From NCBI GenBank assembly GCA_963749495.1, contig CAVVMW010000006.1, positions 864,001-928,000 on the forward strand: a stretch of DNA of 64,000 nucleotides, written 5' to 3'. Positions 12,001-24,735 of this stretch are shown here, in pieces. A program made the translations under genes and the position numbers. The stretch's first letter is position 1, and each line of letters opens with the position of its first letter. The notes beneath the pieces are model-generated. The model saw only the letters and a list, made by a program, of their open reading frames with translations. It was not told where the DNA came from and searched no databases. This DNA is from an uncultured bacterium. Its GTDB lineage: Bacteria > Verrucomicrobiota > Verrucomicrobiia > Limisphaerales > UBA8199.

Positions 12001-13766
12001 CCGATTTCGATTTTCGCGCCTCCTGCAAGCCCTCGACGGTTGTTGCCGGCAACCCCACCTCCCAGAACTTCGACACCGCCGGCACGCCCTACACCCTGAC
12101 CCACAGCGGAACTACCGCGCCGATCGTGTTCCCGGCCGACTCCGGTTCCACCGGCCGGTTCCTGCGCCTGGTGCCGGCCGACGGCAGCGAACTGGGCGTA
12201 ATCGCCTTTAACCAAAGCGCCACTGGCGCATGGAGTTCGGTCGTCGCCACGTTCGACTTCCGCATCACGCCGCCTGCGGGCGCCGTGCCAGCCGATGGGC
12301 TGGGCTTTGCCCTGCTCAACACGGGGGTCTATGGCGCCAGCGGCGCCGGCCCCTTCTTCGGCGAAGAGCCAACTTGACCGGTTCAATTGGCCTGGGCTTC
12401 GATGTCTATAACAACGGTCCGACGCCCCAGGAGCCCAACGCCAATCATATCTCACTGCACTGGAACGGCGCGCAGGTGGGCAATGCCTTCATCCCCTCGT
12501 TCCACATGGCCAATGGCAAGTTCCATCGCGCGCAAGTCATCGTCTGGTTCGTGGCCAGCCATGCCTATGTGACGGCCCGGCTCACCCCTGACATCAACGG
12601 CACCCCCGGGCCGACCGAAACGGTCCTGCAAAACGCGTTGATCGTGGGCGCCGCCCCTTATCCGGCGCGGGTGGCGTTTGGCGCGCGCACCGGCGGGTTG
12701 TGGGCGACGCATGACCTGGACAATGTCACGGTGCAGTTCACCCAGAACCAGGCCGCGGCAGCGGGCGTCTCGCTGTTGTTTTTGCCCGTCTCCCGGTTCG
12801 GTCCGAGCGGTCCCGGCACCACGTTGGCCACCTTCACCGATTGGCCGCTGGCCCCAGACACCCTCGCCCTGGACCTGGCTTTCAACCCCTGGAACCTTGC
12901 CAACAACGTCTCCCTTTATTGGAATGGAGCACCGGCCGGCAGCATCACTCTGCCCGCCGGCACGCTGCAGCTTGGCGACGGAGTCTTTCATCATGCCCGC
13001 CTCCAACTCGATGCGTTGGGCGGCGGCGCCTGCGCCACGGCCACGCTCACGCCCAACAGCCTCGGCACGCCCGGCGCGCCCGTGAACGTCTTTTCAAACC
13101 TGTTCATCCCGGGCGTCACCCTGGGCAACAGCCGCCTGGAATTTGCCGCCCGCAACGGCGGGCTGGCCGCCAAACTCGATTTGGACAATGTCCAGGGCGC
13201 CTTCCAGGCCCTGGTTCCTTTGCTCCTGGACCCGGGCCAATCCATTGTCGTGGTCCACAACCTTGCCGCCTTTGCCTCACGCTACGGCACGGGCGCGCGC
13301 GTCGCGGGCCAGTTCTCCGGCTCGCTCGACACTGCCGGCCAGCCGCTGGTCTTGCTCGGTCCGGTGGGCGAACCGATTCTGGACTTCAGTTGGGACCCGG
13401 CCTGGTATCCCATTACAGATGGCGGCGGCTTTTCGCTGGTGGCGGTTGACCCGAACGCCCCACTGGTTGCCTGGGGTCTGGCCGGCAATTGGCGGCCCTC
13501 GAGCCGAGCTCGAGGGTTCGCCCGGCGCCGCGGACCCGCCCCCGCCCCCGGCCACGTTGACCGTCAACCGGCTGCCTGGCTGCGAAGCACTCGCTTTGGC
13601 TTGGCCTGCCAGCGCCGGGAACTTCAGCCTGTTCTGGGCCGCCTCTTTGTCGCCTCCAGCCACCTGGCTGCCAGTCCCCAACACCCCAGTCCTGTCCAGC
13701 AACCAGTTCGTAGTGCCCTGGAATGCGCCAACCAACCGCGCCTGCTTCTTCCGGTTGGGGCAGTAA
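9097..13766 (+). CDS. Secreted CotH-kinase-family protein with lamin-tail, Fn3-associated and lectin-like domains and a C-terminal FFRL domain; frameshifts near 11580, 12372 and 13500
   Basis: ISEFMA.N...DEDG..PDWIELYN and ITEIMYHP...EFVEIQN (lamin tail); IHYTLDGSTP; HGNSS..FPK.PY, GPIWDWDLSLGN (CotH). Confidence 0.8.
9144..9287. mobile_element. MITE-like insert with inverted 12-mer tandem repeats, in frame in the 5' end of the CotH gene
   Basis: Ends agggcctttcccgaaa / ttttgggacaggctct; internal (cctttgtcg..)x3 faces (cgacaaagg..)x3; ttcagggc repeated at 9141 and 9288, 147 bp apart. Confidence 0.6.
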
Positions 13767-13771
13767 CAGTT

Positions 13772-14013
13772 GAGGGCTTCGCGGTTTTCAGGTGTCGCTA
13801 CGCGACGCGGGGGAGATTGGGCCGCGGGTCCGTGGACTGAAAGTCCACGGCTACCATCGGCCACCGCTACGCGGTGAACCGGACGCAGCGCGCGCGTCGC
13901 GTCGCGACGCAGTGAAGGTAGCCGTGGACCTCGGTCCACGGTTCGGGGCGCAGGAATGGTTACGCGTCGCGTCGCGACGCCTGAGGGCTTCGCGGTTTTC
14001 AGGCGTCGCTACG
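13772..14013. repeat. REP-like cluster (gtcgcgtcgcgacgc / ccgtggac..gtccacgg family)
   Basis: Internal direct repeat gagggcttcgcggttttcagg(t/c)gtcgctacg; homologous to 61060-61715. Confidence 0.75.
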
Positions 14014-14094
14014 AAGGTGTGAAAAAATGCCAAAACGGACAACATCCCCGAAAACGTCCCTCTGTTTTGCTGGGGAGCTTGAAGGCGACCGGTT

Positions 14095-15574
14095 TCACGG
14101 TTTCTTGTTGGAGAGCAGTTTGCTGGGAGAGGGGATTTCCGAGGCATCCCAGCCGCCGCCAAGGGCCTCGACGAGTTGGACGCTGGCGGTCATTTGCTGC
14201 ACTCGAAGGTTCACGAGGGTTTGCCGATTGGCCAGGTAGGTGGTTTGAGCGATGATCACGTTGAGGTAACTGTCAAGCCCCTGTTCCCATCGAATCGTGG
14301 CCAATTTCAAGAATCGCTCGGAGGAGGTCACGGCGGCCTCCTGCTGCTGCACCTGGTGGGCGAGGATTCGCAATGCGGCCAGGTTATTCTCGACCTCCTG
14401 GAAGGCGGTCAGTACGGTCTGGCGGTACTTGGCGACTGTATTCTCGTAGTCGGCCCGGAATTGTTGGACCGTGGCTTTGCGCAGGCCGGCATCGAAGATG
14501 GTCTCGGCCAGGCCGGCACCGACCGACCAGAAGCGGCTGGACCAGTTGAACAGGCTTGAGGGTGAGCCGCTTTGAAGGCCTGCTGAGGCGCTCAATGTCA
14601 CGTTAGGGTAGTAGGCGGCCTTGGCCACGCCGATGCGGGCGTTGGCCTCCGCGACACGGCGTTCGGCGGCAGCAATATCGGGACGCCGTTCCAGGAGTTG
14701 GGAGGGAACGCCCCAGGGGGCGGGGGGCGGGCTTGCGTTGAGCGGTTCGACCGGGATGGAAAGGGCGGCAGGGGGTTTGCCGATCAACAGGGCGATGGCG
14801 TGCTCGAGTTGGGCCCGAAGGATGTCCAGGTTGGTGGCCTGGGCTTCGGCGGTCGCAAGCTGCGTCTGGGCTTGGGCAACGTCCTCGTCCGAAACCAGGC
14901 CGTTGTCGAGCTTAACCTGGGTCAACTGGAGTGACTCCCGGTAGGCGCGGACGGTGTCATCGTACAACTGCTTGAGCGTATCCTGGGAGTGGAGCTGGAA
15001 GAAATCGGCGGCCAACTCCGCCTGGGCTGTCAGGCGGGTGTTTTCGAGGTCGGCGGTGGTGGCCTGGGCTTCAAAGGCATTGGCGTTGACGGTGTTGCGA
15101 ATCCGGCCCCAGAGGTCGAGTTGCCAGGAGGCATCCAGCGGGAGCGAGAAGTCGGTGACGGTCGAACCCCCGCCCGCGGCACCGGCTCCGAGAGCGCCGC
15201 CCCTGGACCGGGTCACGTTCGGGCTGGCGGCCAGCGTCGGGAACAATTGCGCCCGCGCCTCCTTGACCATGGCCCGGGCTGAAAGGAAACTGGCGAAAGC
15301 GGCGGCCACGTTCTGGTTGGAAACGGCGACCTGCCTCTTCGAGGGCATTCAATTGGGGGTTGTTGAACACTTCCCACCACTTGCCGCGAATGACGGCATC
15401 TTTGGGCTCGGCCACTTTCCAGATATTCGTGGCGTCGGGGCTTTGCGGGGCGAGTTCCTTGTACGCGGCGGGGGTTTGCACCGGCGGCCGTTGATAGCGG
15501 GGGGCCAGGTTGCAGCCGCCCGTCAAGAGCAAGGCCAGCAGCCAGGCGGCGGAGGCCGCATGCCTTGGGATCAT
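14095..15574 (-). CDS. RND efflux outer-membrane lipoprotein (NodT family); frameshift near 15335
   Basis: Lipobox LLTGGC, WWEVFNNPQLN, SWQLDLWGRIR, LLERRPDIAAAE, ALGGGW; an in-frame upstream ATG exists at 15958. Confidence 0.88.
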
Positions 15575-15895
15575 GAACCAGAGTGGCCTCGCCTGGCGCG
15601 AAGCGTTTTGGAGTGCGCCAGTCCTCTGGCGCTTTTTGGGCCCTGGGGACGAGAAAGCGGCAGAGGACTGCCGCAGTCCAAAACGTTGCGGGCTTCGCTT
15701 GGGTTCATGGAGAGCCCCCTTTGGCTTCTGCCAATGCATTGGGACCATGAACCGGTCAGGGGCCCCGAGGCTGCGAAGCGTTTTGGACTGCGGCAGTCCT
15801 CTGCCACTTTCGCGTTCCCAGAACCAGGGACTGAAAAGCGGCAGAGGACTGCCGCAGTCCAAAACCTGCGGGCTTGGGGTCGGTTGATGGAGACG
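15575..15895. repeat. Two REP doublets separated by a ggttcatgg...ccatgaacc unit
   Basis: ttttgga(g/c)tgcg..cagtcctctg / cagaggactgccgcagtccaaaa twice; 15702-15752 has short terminal inverted repeats. Confidence 0.75.
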
Positions 15896-15954
15896 GGCCG
15901 GGTGGTGTGTCCCATCCCACTTCCCACTGGATGAGGGGTTCAGCATATTCAAAG

Positions 15955-18900
15955 TCATTTGGCCGTTGCGCCATCGGCTCCCAAGGCGGGGTGCGGGGCG
16001 GCGGGCGTCGGCCGGCGCCGCCACGTTTCCCATCGGAGCCGCAAGCGGTCGATCTCCAAATAGACCACCGGTGTCGTATAGAGCGTGAGCACCTGGCTCA
16101 CGAGCAGTCCGCCCACGATGGCGATGCCCAGCGGGCGGCGCAGTTCCGAGCCGGCCCCCCTTCCCAGGACCAGGGGCAAGGCGCCAGATATGGCGGCCAT
16201 GGTCGTCATCATGATCGGCCGGAAGCGCAGGAGGCAGGCCTGGTAAATCGCCTCGACCGGGCGTTTGCCTTGCTCCCGCTGGGCGGCCAGGGCGAAGTCA
16301 ATCATCAGGATGGCGTTTTTCTTGACGATGCCGATGAGCAGCACCACGCCGATGAGGGCGATGACGCTCAGGTCGGTGTTAAAGACCATGAGCGCCAGGA
16401 CCGCGCCGACCCCAGCCGAGGGCAGGGTGGACAAAATGGTGACCGGATGGATGTAACTCTCATAGAGGATGCCCAGGACGATATAGACGGCCAGCAGGGC
16501 GGTGATAACGAGAATCGGTTCGCTGGCCAGCGAGGTCTGAAAGGCCTGCAAGGTCCCGGCAAAGCTTCCGTGAATCTGGGCTGGCAGGCCGATGCGCTGT
16601 TGCATCTGTTGCACAGCGCGGACGGCATCGCTCAAGGCCACGCCGGGGACAAGGTTGAACGAGACGGTCACGGCGGGAAACTGTCCCTGGTGGCTCACCG
16701 TGATGGGGGCGGTGTTTGGCTCATAACGAGTGATGGCGCTCAAGGGGACCTGCCCGCTGCTGTTGGTCGAGTGGAAGTAGATGTCACTCAGGCCTTGCGG
16801 GCCCTGCCAGAAGAGGGGATCGACCTCCATGACGACGTGGTACTGGTTGAGCGCCGTGTACATGGTCGAGACCTGCCGCTGGCCGAAGGCGTCATAAAGG
16901 GTATCATCGATGGCCTGGGCGCTGAGGCCCAGCCGGGAGGCGGTCAACCGGTCATAGACCAGCCAGGCCTGCAACCCGTTGTTCTGCTGGTCGCTGTTGA
17001 CGTCGGTAAAGCCCGGCAGTTTGCGCATCTCTTGCAAGACCCGGGGCCCCCATTTGACCAGGTCCTCCAGGTTATCGCTCTGAATGGTGTATTGAAACTG
17101 GGCGTTGCTCTGGCGCCCGCCGATGCGCAGGTCCTGGCCGGCTTGCATGAAGACGGTGGCGCCCGGCACCTGGGCCAGTTTTGGACGCAGCCGGGCGATG
17201 ACCTGGCTGGAGCTGATATTGCGCTCCCCCACCGGCTTCAATCCCACATAAACGAAACCGCCGTTGGCCGCGCCGCCCCCGCCCGTAAAGGCCATCACGT
17301 TGGCCACCGCCGGGTCGGTCTTGATGAGGCTCACGAAGCGGTCGGCAGCCGATCGCATGGCCTGAAACGAGGCGTCCTGCGCCCCCATCATGCCGCCGAA
17401 CACCGTGCCGTTGTCCTGCTGCGGAAAGAAGCCCTTGGGCACCCTGATAAACAGCACGACATTGAGGGTGACGGTCAGCAGCAGGACCGCCATCGTGAGA
17501 CCCGGATGCCGCAAGACGCGGCCCAGGCTGCGCTCGTAAAGGCCCAGCAACCACGCGAAGACCTTCTCGCCCGCCCGGTAGAGGCGCCCGTGCTGCTCGT
17601 CGGCCTTGGACCTGAGCAGCCGCGAACACATCATCGGCGTCGCCGTCAGCGAAACCCCCAGCGACACCAGGATGGCCGCCGAGAGGGTGACGGCAAACTC
17701 CCGGAAGAGGCGGCCGACAATGCCGCCCATGAGCAGGATGGGAGTGAACACGGCGATCAGCGAGATGCTGATGGTCATGACCGTGAACCCGACCTCGCGC
17801 GCCCCTCGGAGGGCCGCCTCCATAGGGGTCAATCCGTTTTCCAGGTGGCGGGTCACGTTTTCAATCACCACAATCGCATCGTCCACCACGAAGCCGGTCG
17901 AAATCGTCAGGGCCATCAGCGAGAGGTTGTCGATGGTGTAGCCGCACAGGTACATGATGCCGAAGGTGCCGATTAACGAGACGGGCACAGCCACGCTCGG
18001 GATAAGGGTCGCCCGCCCACTGCGCAGGAAAACAAATACCACCAGGATGACCAGCCCGACCGAGATGGTCAGGTTCCTTTCCACGTCGTGCACCGAGGCC
18101 CGAATGGTGGTGGTCCGGTCCATCACGACTGTCAGGTCGATGGCCGACGGGATGGAGGCCTTGAGCGAGGGCAGGGCGTTGCGGACGCGGTCCACGGTCT
18201 CGATGATGTTGGCGCCCGGCTGGCGAAAGACGATCACCAGCACGGAGGGCTGGCCGTTGACAAACCCCGCCGCGCGGATGTTCTCGGTCGAGTCCTGCAC
18301 GTCGGCCACGTCCGAGAGTTTGACGGCCGCCCCGTTGTGAAAGGAGACGATGAGCGGCCGGTAGTCCGCCGCCTTGAGCAACTGGTCGTTGGCCCCCAGG
18401 TCCGTGGTGCTCAGGGGGCCGGCCAACTGGCCCTTGGGCATATTGGCATTCTGCTGGCTGAGCATCGAGCGGACATCCTCCAGGCCCAGGCCCATGGCGT
18501 TCAACTGGGTCGGGTTGACCTCAACGCGCACGCCGGGCAGGGAACTGCCGCCGACGCTGACCTGGCCGACGCCCTGGACTTGGGAGAGCCGCTGCTGGAT
18601 GATGGTCGAGGCGGCATCGTAGAGCTGGCCCCGGTTATAAATGGGCGAGGTCAGGGCCAGGATCAGAATGGGCGCGTCGGCAGGATTGACTTTGCGATAG
18701 GTTGGATTGCTGGGCAGGTTGGAGGGCAGAAAGGCGCGGGCCGCATTGATGGCGGCCTGAACATCGCGGGCGGCCCCATCAATATTGCGATTGAGGTCGA
18801 ACTGCAAAGTGATGGAGGTCGTGCCCAGGTAGCTGGCGGAGGTCATCTCATTGACGCCGGCGATATGGCCCAACTGGCGCTCGAGGGGGCGGCCACCGCT

Positions 18901-19082
18901 GAGGCCATGATCTCGGGGCTGGCCCCCGGCAAGCCCGCGCCGATCGTGATGGTCGGGAAATCGACCTGCGGCAGGGGCGAAACGGGCAGGAACCTGAACG
19001 CGACGGCGCCGGCCAGGGCGATCGCTGCCGTCAGCAGCGTCGTGCCCACCGGGCGCCGGACGAACGGGGCGGAGAGGTTCAA
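15955..19082 (-). CDS. mdtC: RND permease, MdtC-like; frameshift near 18887
   Basis: [50 protein letters not shown]; second permease of a tandem pair; TTG start. Confidence 0.88.
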
Positions 19083-19171
19083 CAGGGTTGGGGGGTTAAG
19101 GGGTTAAATGGGCGGAGCAACGCCCCGGCATAGCGCTTGCCGTCGGCGAGTTCTCGCGGTACACTCCTGCC

Positions 19172-19381
19172 ATGATTGACGTGCGAGCAGACAATGGCGT
19201 GGTCCGGCTCACCTTCCCGACCGATGGCATGACTACGGACGAGGTCAACGAATTCGTGAGCTGGCTGCGCCTGGAAAGCATTGCTTGTCGCAGCAGACTC
19301 ACCGAGGAAGCCGCCCGGCAACTGTCCGAGGAGATTAAGGCAGATTGGTGGCGCCAGAATGAGCGGCGTTTTGGCAAATAA
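19172..19381 (+). CDS. Putative antitoxin (69 aa) upstream of a PIN remnant
   Basis: Small ORF ending EEIKADWW, directly upstream of a PIN-type N-terminus. Confidence 0.6.
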   Translation: MIDVRADNGVVRLTFPTDGMTTDEVNEFVSWLRLESIACRSRLTEEAARQLSEEIKADWWRQNERRFGK

Positions 19382-19389
19382 GGCGACCT

Positions 19390-19500
19390 GTGGACCCCGC
19401 ACGCATCGTCGTCGACACCAACATCTTGTTCGCATCGCTGTTGCGCCACCAGGTCAGATCCCGACAGGTCTTGCTCTGCCGCGCAGGTTGCGTTTTCTAA
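19390..19500 (+). pseudogene. Truncated PIN/VapC toxin (N-terminal 36 aa only)
   Basis: Reads VDPARIVVDTNILFASLLR..., matching the PIN start motif, then stops at 19498. Confidence 0.7.
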
Positions 19501-19515
19501 ATGTGATGAGCCCGG

Positions 19516-19566
19516 CAGCAGCGTGGTGGCTGCCGGGCGCCGGACAAAGGGGGCGGAAAGGTTCAT
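19516..19566 (-). repeat. Duplicated 5' end of mdtC (stub)
   Basis: 51 bp with 8 mismatches to 19032..19082; encodes [17 protein letters not shown]; its ATG overlaps the mdtB stop. Confidence 0.85.
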
Positions 19567-22500
19567 GACGACGCTCCGGCGGGAGCGGCCTCCACGGTTC
19601 TTCGGGCACCGGCTCGCGACCTGGCCATCCTGAGGGCCAGGCGCTCGAAGAACAGGTAGATGACGGGTGTGGTGTACAACGTCAGCACCTGGCTGATGAG
19701 CAGCCCGCCCACGATGGCGATGCCCAGCGGACGGCGCAGTTCCGAGCCGGTCCCGCTGCCCAGCGCCAGGGGCAAGGCCCCCAGGAGCGCGGCCATGGTC
19801 GTCATCACGATGGGCCGAAAACGGAGCAGGCAGGCCTCGTAAATCGCCGCCGCCGGCTCCTTGCCTTCCTTGCGTTGGGCGTCCAGGGCGAAATCGATCA
19901 TCATGATGGCGTTCTTTTGCACGATGCCGATCAGCAGGATGATGCCGATCAGGGCCACGACGGTCAGCTCCAAGCCGCACACCAGCAGCGCCAGAATGGC
20001 CCCCACTCCCGCCGAGGGCAGCGTCGAGAGGATCGTGATGGGGTGGATGTAGCTCTCGTAGAGGACGCCCAGCACGATATAGACGGTGATCAGCGCGGCC
20101 AGGATGAGGAGCGGTTCGTTGCGCAGGGAGGCCTGGAAGGCCTGGGCCGTGCCCTGGAAGGCCGATTGAATGCTCAGCGGCATTTTGAGTTCGGTTTGCA
20201 CCTGCTCGACCGCCTTGGTGGCGCTCCCCAGGGAGGCCCCCGCGGCCAGGTTAAACGAAAAGGTGGTGACGGGAAACTGCCCCTGATGGTTCACCGAGAG
20301 CGGCGCCGTGCCCTGCTCCAAATGCGTGAACGCGCTGAGCGGCACCTCGCCGCCGCTGGCCGAGCGGATGTAAATATTCTGCAGTTTGGCCGGGCTCAGT
20401 TGGAAGTCCGGCATCGCTTCCAGGATCACGTGATACTGGTTCAACTGGGTGAAGAGGGTCGAGACCTGGCGTTGGCCGAAGGCGTCATAGAGGGTGTTGT
20501 CAATGGCCTGGGGCGTAATGCCGAGCCGGGAGGCGGTCCGGCGGTCGATGACCAGGCGTGTGGATGACCCCTCGGCTTGTTGGTCGGTGGCCACGTCGCG
20601 GAGTTGCGGCAGCCCCTTGAGCCGCTCCAGCAGCCGCGCGGTCCAACTGTTCAGCTCTTTGGCATCGGGGTCCTCCAGCGTGTACTGGAACTGCGTGCGG
20701 CTCACGCGATCCTCGACCGTCAGGTCCTGGATGGGCTGCATGTAAAGCGTGATGCCGTCCACCTCGGCCAGTTGGCTTTGCAGGCGGTGCATCACGGCCG
20801 TGGCGTCCAGAGTGCGCTCCTCCAGCGGTTTGAGGTTGATGAGGATGCGCCCGCTGTTCAGGGTGGTGTTGATGCCATCCACGCCGATAAAGGAGGAAAC
20901 GCTCTGGACCGCCGGGTCCTGGAGAATGACCCGGGCCAGGGCCTGTTGCTTTTGGGCCATGGCGGCAAAGGAGATGGTCTGCGGCGCCTCGGAGATGCCT
21001 TGAATGACGCCGGTGTCCTGCACGGGGAAAAAACCCTTGGGGACGACCACGTAGAGAAAGATGGTCAGCCCGAGCGTGCCCGCGGCAACGCACAACGTCG
21101 CCCCCTGGTGTTTGAGGATCCATCGCAGCGTCCTGCCATAAAAGCCGATGATCCGCTGGAGCACATGTTCGGAGACGCGGTAGAAACGTCCTCGCTCGGC
21201 GTCCGCTTTGTGGCGCAGCAGCCGGGCGCACATCATGGGGGTGAGCGTGAGCGAAACGACCGCCGAGATCAGGATCGTCGCCGCCAGGGTGATGGCGAAT
21301 TCCCGGAACAACCGCCCGACGATATCGGCCATGAAGAGCAGCGGAATCAAGACGGCAATGAGCGAAACGGTCAGTGACATGATCGTGAAGCCGATTTGCT
21401 CGGCGCCCTTGAGGGCGGCCTGGAGCGGAGGCTCTCCGGCCTCGACATAGCGCGCGATGTTCTCGATCATCACGATGGCGTCATCGACCACGAACCCGGT
21501 CGAGATCGTCAGCGCCATCAGCGTGAGATTGTTCAAGCTGTAGCCCAGGAGGTACATGGTGCCGAAGGTGCCGACCAGGGAAAGCGGCACCGCCACGCTC
21601 GGGATGACGGTCCCCGAGAAGGTCCGCAGGAACAAGAAGATCACCATGACCACCAGGACCACGCACAGCATCAGCGAGAATTGGACATCCCGCACCGAGG
21701 CCCGAATCGTCGTGGTGCGGTCGGTCAGCACGGACACCGCGATGCCGGCCGGGAGCGTGGTCTTGAGTTGGGGCAAGCGGGCCTTGATGCGGTCCACGAC
21801 CTGGATGATATTGGCGCCCGGTTGGCGCTGGATGTTCAGAATGACCGCCGGGGTGTTGTTCATCCAGGCGGCCTGTTTGACGTTCTCGACGTCGTCAATC
21901 ACGGTCGCCACGTCCGCCAGGACCACCGGCGCGCCGTTGCGGTAAGCGATGATGACCGCGCGGTAATCCTGGCTGGTCAGGAGTTGGTCGTTGCCGTTGA
22001 TTTGATAGGCTTGGCGGGCCCCGTCGAAGTTGCCCTTGGCCTGGTTGAGGCTGGTCTGCTGCAGGGCGGTGCGCACTTCCTCCAGCGTGATCCCCATGGC
22101 GGAGAGGGCCGTCGGATTGACCTGGACCCGCACCGCTGGCTTCTGGCCCCCGCTGATGCTGACCAGCCCCACCCCGGGCAACTGTGAGATTTTCTGGGCC
22201 AGCCGCGTGTCCGCCAGGTCCTCGACCTGGGACAAGGGAACGGATTTTGAGGTCAGCGCCAGAGTCAGGATGGGGGCATCGGCGGGGTTGGATTTGCTGT
22301 AAATGGGCGGGGCGGGCAGATCGGGGGGCAGATAGGTCTGTGCGGCATTGATAGCGGCCTGGACCTCCTGCTCGGCAACGTCAATGTTGAGGTTGAGCAC
22401 GAACTGCAGGACGATGACCGAGCAGCCGCCGGAGCTGGTCGAGGTCATCTGGTTGAGGCCCGGCACCTGGCCGAACTGGCGCTCCAGCGGCGCGGTGACC

Positions 22501-22685
22501 GCCGAGGCCACGACATCCGGGCTTGCCCCGGGGTAGAAGGTCACGACCTGGATTGTGGGATAATCCACCTCCGGCAACGCGGAGACGGGCAGTTGTTTGT
22601 AGGCCACCGCGCCGGCCAGCAAAATCGCCGCCATCAACAGCGACGTCGCCACCGGCCGGAGGATAAAGGGGCGCGAAGGGCTCAT
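19563..22685 (-). CDS. mdtB: RND permease, MdtB-like
   Basis: [45 protein letters not shown]; 1040 aa. Confidence 0.92.
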   Translation of the reverse strand: MSPSRPFILRPVATSLLMAAILLAGAVAYKQLPVSALPEVDYPTIQVVTFYPGASPDVVASAVTAPLERQFGQVPGLNQMTSTSSGGCSVIVLQFVLNLNIDVAEQEVQAAINAAQTYLPPDLPAPPIYSKSNPADAPILTLALTSKSVPLSQVEDLADTRLAQKISQLPGVGLVSISGGQKPAVRVQVNPTALSAMGITLEEVRTALQQTSLNQAKGNFDGARQAYQINGNDQLLTSQDYRAVIIAYRNGAPVVLADVATVIDDVENVKQAAWMNNTPAVILNIQRQPGANIIQVVDRIKARLPQLKTTLPAGIAVSVLTDRTTTIRASVRDVQFSLMLCVVLVVMVIFLFLRTFSGTVIPSVAVPLSLVGTFGTMYLLGYSLNNLTLMALTISTGFVVDDAIVMIENIARYVEAGEPPLQAALKGAEQIGFTIMSLTVSLIAVLIPLLFMADIVGRLFREFAITLAATILISAVVSLTLTPMMCARLLRHKADAERGRFYRVSEHVLQRIIGFYGRTLRWILKHQGATLCVAAGTLGLTIFLYVVVPKGFFPVQDTGVIQGISEAPQTISFAAMAQKQQALARVILQDPAVQSVSSFIGVDGINTTLNSGRILINLKPLEERTLDATAVMHRLQSQLAEVDGITLYMQPIQDLTVEDRVSRTQFQYTLEDPDAKELNSWTARLLERLKGLPQLRDVATDQQAEGSSTRLVIDRRTASRLGITPQAIDNTLYDAFGQRQVSTLFTQLNQYHVILEAMPDFQLSPAKLQNIYIRSASGGEVPLSAFTHLEQGTAPLSVNHQGQFPVTTFSFNLAAGASLGSATKAVEQVQTELKMPLSIQSAFQGTAQAFQASLRNEPLLILAALITVYIVLGVLYESYIHPITILSTLPSAGVGAILALLVCGLELTVVALIGIILLIGIVQKNAIMMIDFALDAQRKEGKEPAAAIYEACLLRFRPIVMTTMAALLGALPLALGSGTGSELRRPLGIAIVGGLLISQVLTLYTTPVIYLFFERLALRMARSRAGARRTVEAAPAGASS

Positions 22686-23983
22686 TTGGGCTTCTGTCCC
22701 TGGCTGTCTCGGGGCATCTCCAGCGCCAGCTTGGCGCTCTTGCCACTGCCCGGCTTGGACGGTTCCGCCGGCTTGCTCACCGCCACTTTCGCGCCCTCCA
22801 TGAGCCGGTTGAAATTGTCCGTTGCGATGACCTCACCCGGCTCGACGCCGCCCACGGCGGTCATCGTCTCATTGGCTGCGCCCAGCGAGACGGGCCGCAT
22901 CGTGACGGTCTGGTTGGTCTGAATGACGTACACGAAGGGCCCCTGGGGGTTGCGCTGGATGGCCTCGGTCCGAACCAGCGTCGCGTCATGTTCCGTCCGG
23001 AGAATCAGTCTCACCCGGACGAACTGGTTGGGGAAAAGACAATTGTCCTCGTTGGTGAACATCGCCTTGATCTTGAACGTCCCGGTGCCCACATCGACCT
23101 GGTTGTCGGGCGTCAGGACCGTCCCCGTGGCGATCTTCTTTTTCTGGTCACGATCATAGGCCTCGACTGAAAGTTTTTGGCCCTGGCGCAAAGGCTCCAG
23201 GACTTGGGGCAGATCGTCCTGGCGGACGCTGAACACCACGGTGATGGGCTGGAGCTGTGTGATCACGGCCAGGGGATTGGTATCGGTGGCATGGACAATG
23301 TTGCCCGGGTCCACCAGGCGGAATCCGACCCGTCCGGAGATGGGGGCGTTGATGTGGGAGTAGGTCACTTGCAGCTTGGCGTTATCTACCTGGCCCTGGT
23401 CGAGCTTCACGATCCCTTCGTATTGATGGACGGTGGCCTTTTGAGTATCGAGCTGCTGCTTGGGGATCGACTTTTCGGCCTCGCTGTAAGACTTCTGGTA
23501 GCGATCCAAATCGAGCCACGCATTTGTCAGCAGGGCCTGGTCTCGGGCCAACTGCCCTTCGGCCTGAGTTAGCTGGGCTTGGTAGGGACGTGGATCAATC
23601 TCCACAAGCGGATCGCCCTCGCGAACCATTTGGCCCTCGACGTAGCTCACGCTCATGAGCTGCCCATCCACCCGGCTCTTGACCTGCGCCGTATAGACCG
23701 GGATCACCGTGCCTATCAACGCATCGAGGTAAACCCCCATGTCCCCTTTTTGCACGACCGCCGCGGGCACCTGCACGGCGGGCAGGGTGGCCCCGGCTTT
23801 GGCTCGGTTTGCCTGGGCAGCGGGTCCGTGGTGAAGCAGAAGAAGGGCGATGACAGCCAGGGCTAGGCACACAATGAAGGCCAAGGCCCAGCGGGGCCGC
23901 TTGGCGGGGGCAGATGGCCCCGAGACCGAACCGGGCGGGCCTTCGGATTTTGCCGCGTTTGGTTTCAATTCAGGATTGTTCAA
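22682..23983 (-). CDS. mdtA: RND periplasmic adaptor, MdtA-like
   Basis: N-terminal TM helix, [38 protein letters not shown]. Confidence 0.88.
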   Translation of the reverse strand: MNNPELKPNAAKSEGPPGSVSGPSAPAKRPRWALAFIVCLALAVIALLLLHHGPAAQANRAKAGATLPAVQVPAAVVQKGDMGVYLDALIGTVIPVYTAQVKSRVDGQLMSVSYVEGQMVREGDPLVEIDPRPYQAQLTQAEGQLARDQALLTNAWLDLDRYQKSYSEAEKSIPKQQLDTQKATVHQYEGIVKLDQGQVDNAKLQVTYSHINAPISGRVGFRLVDPGNIVHATDTNPLAVITQLQPITVVFSVRQDDLPQVLEPLRQGQKLSVEAYDRDQKKKIATGTVLTPDNQVDVGTGTFKIKAMFTNEDNCLFPNQFVRVRLILRTEHDATLVRTEAIQRNPQGPFVYVIQTNQTVTMRPVSLGAANETMTAVGGVEPGEVIATDNFNRLMEGAKVAVSKPAEPSKPGSGKSAKLALEMPRDSQGQKPK

Positions 23984-24311
23984 TGGAATCGCTCCTTGTT
24001 CCTCTGCAGTGTGAGTGGTAAAGCGGCAATCGCCCCCATTTCTCCCCCAGGAGCACTTTGGGCTGTTGGCCAGTCATCCTCATGAGCCGCTGCTGCGCAT
24101 CTGCCTGTCGTTGTGTTCAGACCCTCCCCGAACCGCATGGGTTCCGGCGATGTGATGGAGCCGCAGATGACCGGGATGGACCAAGCCAGATGCGGGATGA
24201 AAACCCGGCCGGGAAAACGGAGAGCAACCACGAGTTCATAATTCGTTGGCCCACAGGGTTAACCCAAAAGGGCGCGGTTTGTAAAGCCCCGACTCTCGGA
24301 TCTGGCGCTGA

Positions 24312-24678
24312 GGGGTGTATCTCGTCAGTACCACCACCTCCGGTCAGGACCGGCGGCTCGCAGCCGAGCCCCAGCACACGCTCGGGGCAACCCGGAGGGT
24401 TGCCAGATGGTAGCCGGGGGTCGCGGCTCGCCGCGACCCCCGGTTTGCGGCCAAAAGGGGCCTGCACCCCGGAACGGGGTGCCAGAACGTTGCACACCTG
24501 GCGCAGGCGGCCTTCTGGCATCCCTCCGGGATGCACACCCACACTGCCGCCGAACCGGGGGTCTCGCTGCGGCTCGACCCCCGGCTACCATCTGTCATCC
24601 CTCCGGGATGAGTTCCTGGGCCATGGGCACTCGCCCTCACTCATGGCTCGCATGGTGGTACTGACGAGGATGCACCCC
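24312..24678. mobile_element. MITE-like element with ~26-bp terminal inverted repeats carrying a REP doublet
   Basis: ggggtgtatctcgtcagtaccacca / tggtggtactgacgaggatgcacccc; interior is the same cccggaggg..ggtagccgggggtcg family as 1928-2303 and 61109-61539. Confidence 0.7.
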
Positions 24679-24735
24679 CCCCCGATGCCTATTGCAGGAT
24701 TGACTTCAATCTCCGCTTTGGTAGTACCTTTGGGT

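Noticed and set aside
15874..22536. Long plus-strand ORFs (for example 15874..17976)
   Set aside because: Antisense shadows of the high-GC mdtBC coding sequences
23980..24241. Small ORFs upstream of mdtA
   Set aside because: No recognisable motifs or consistent frame
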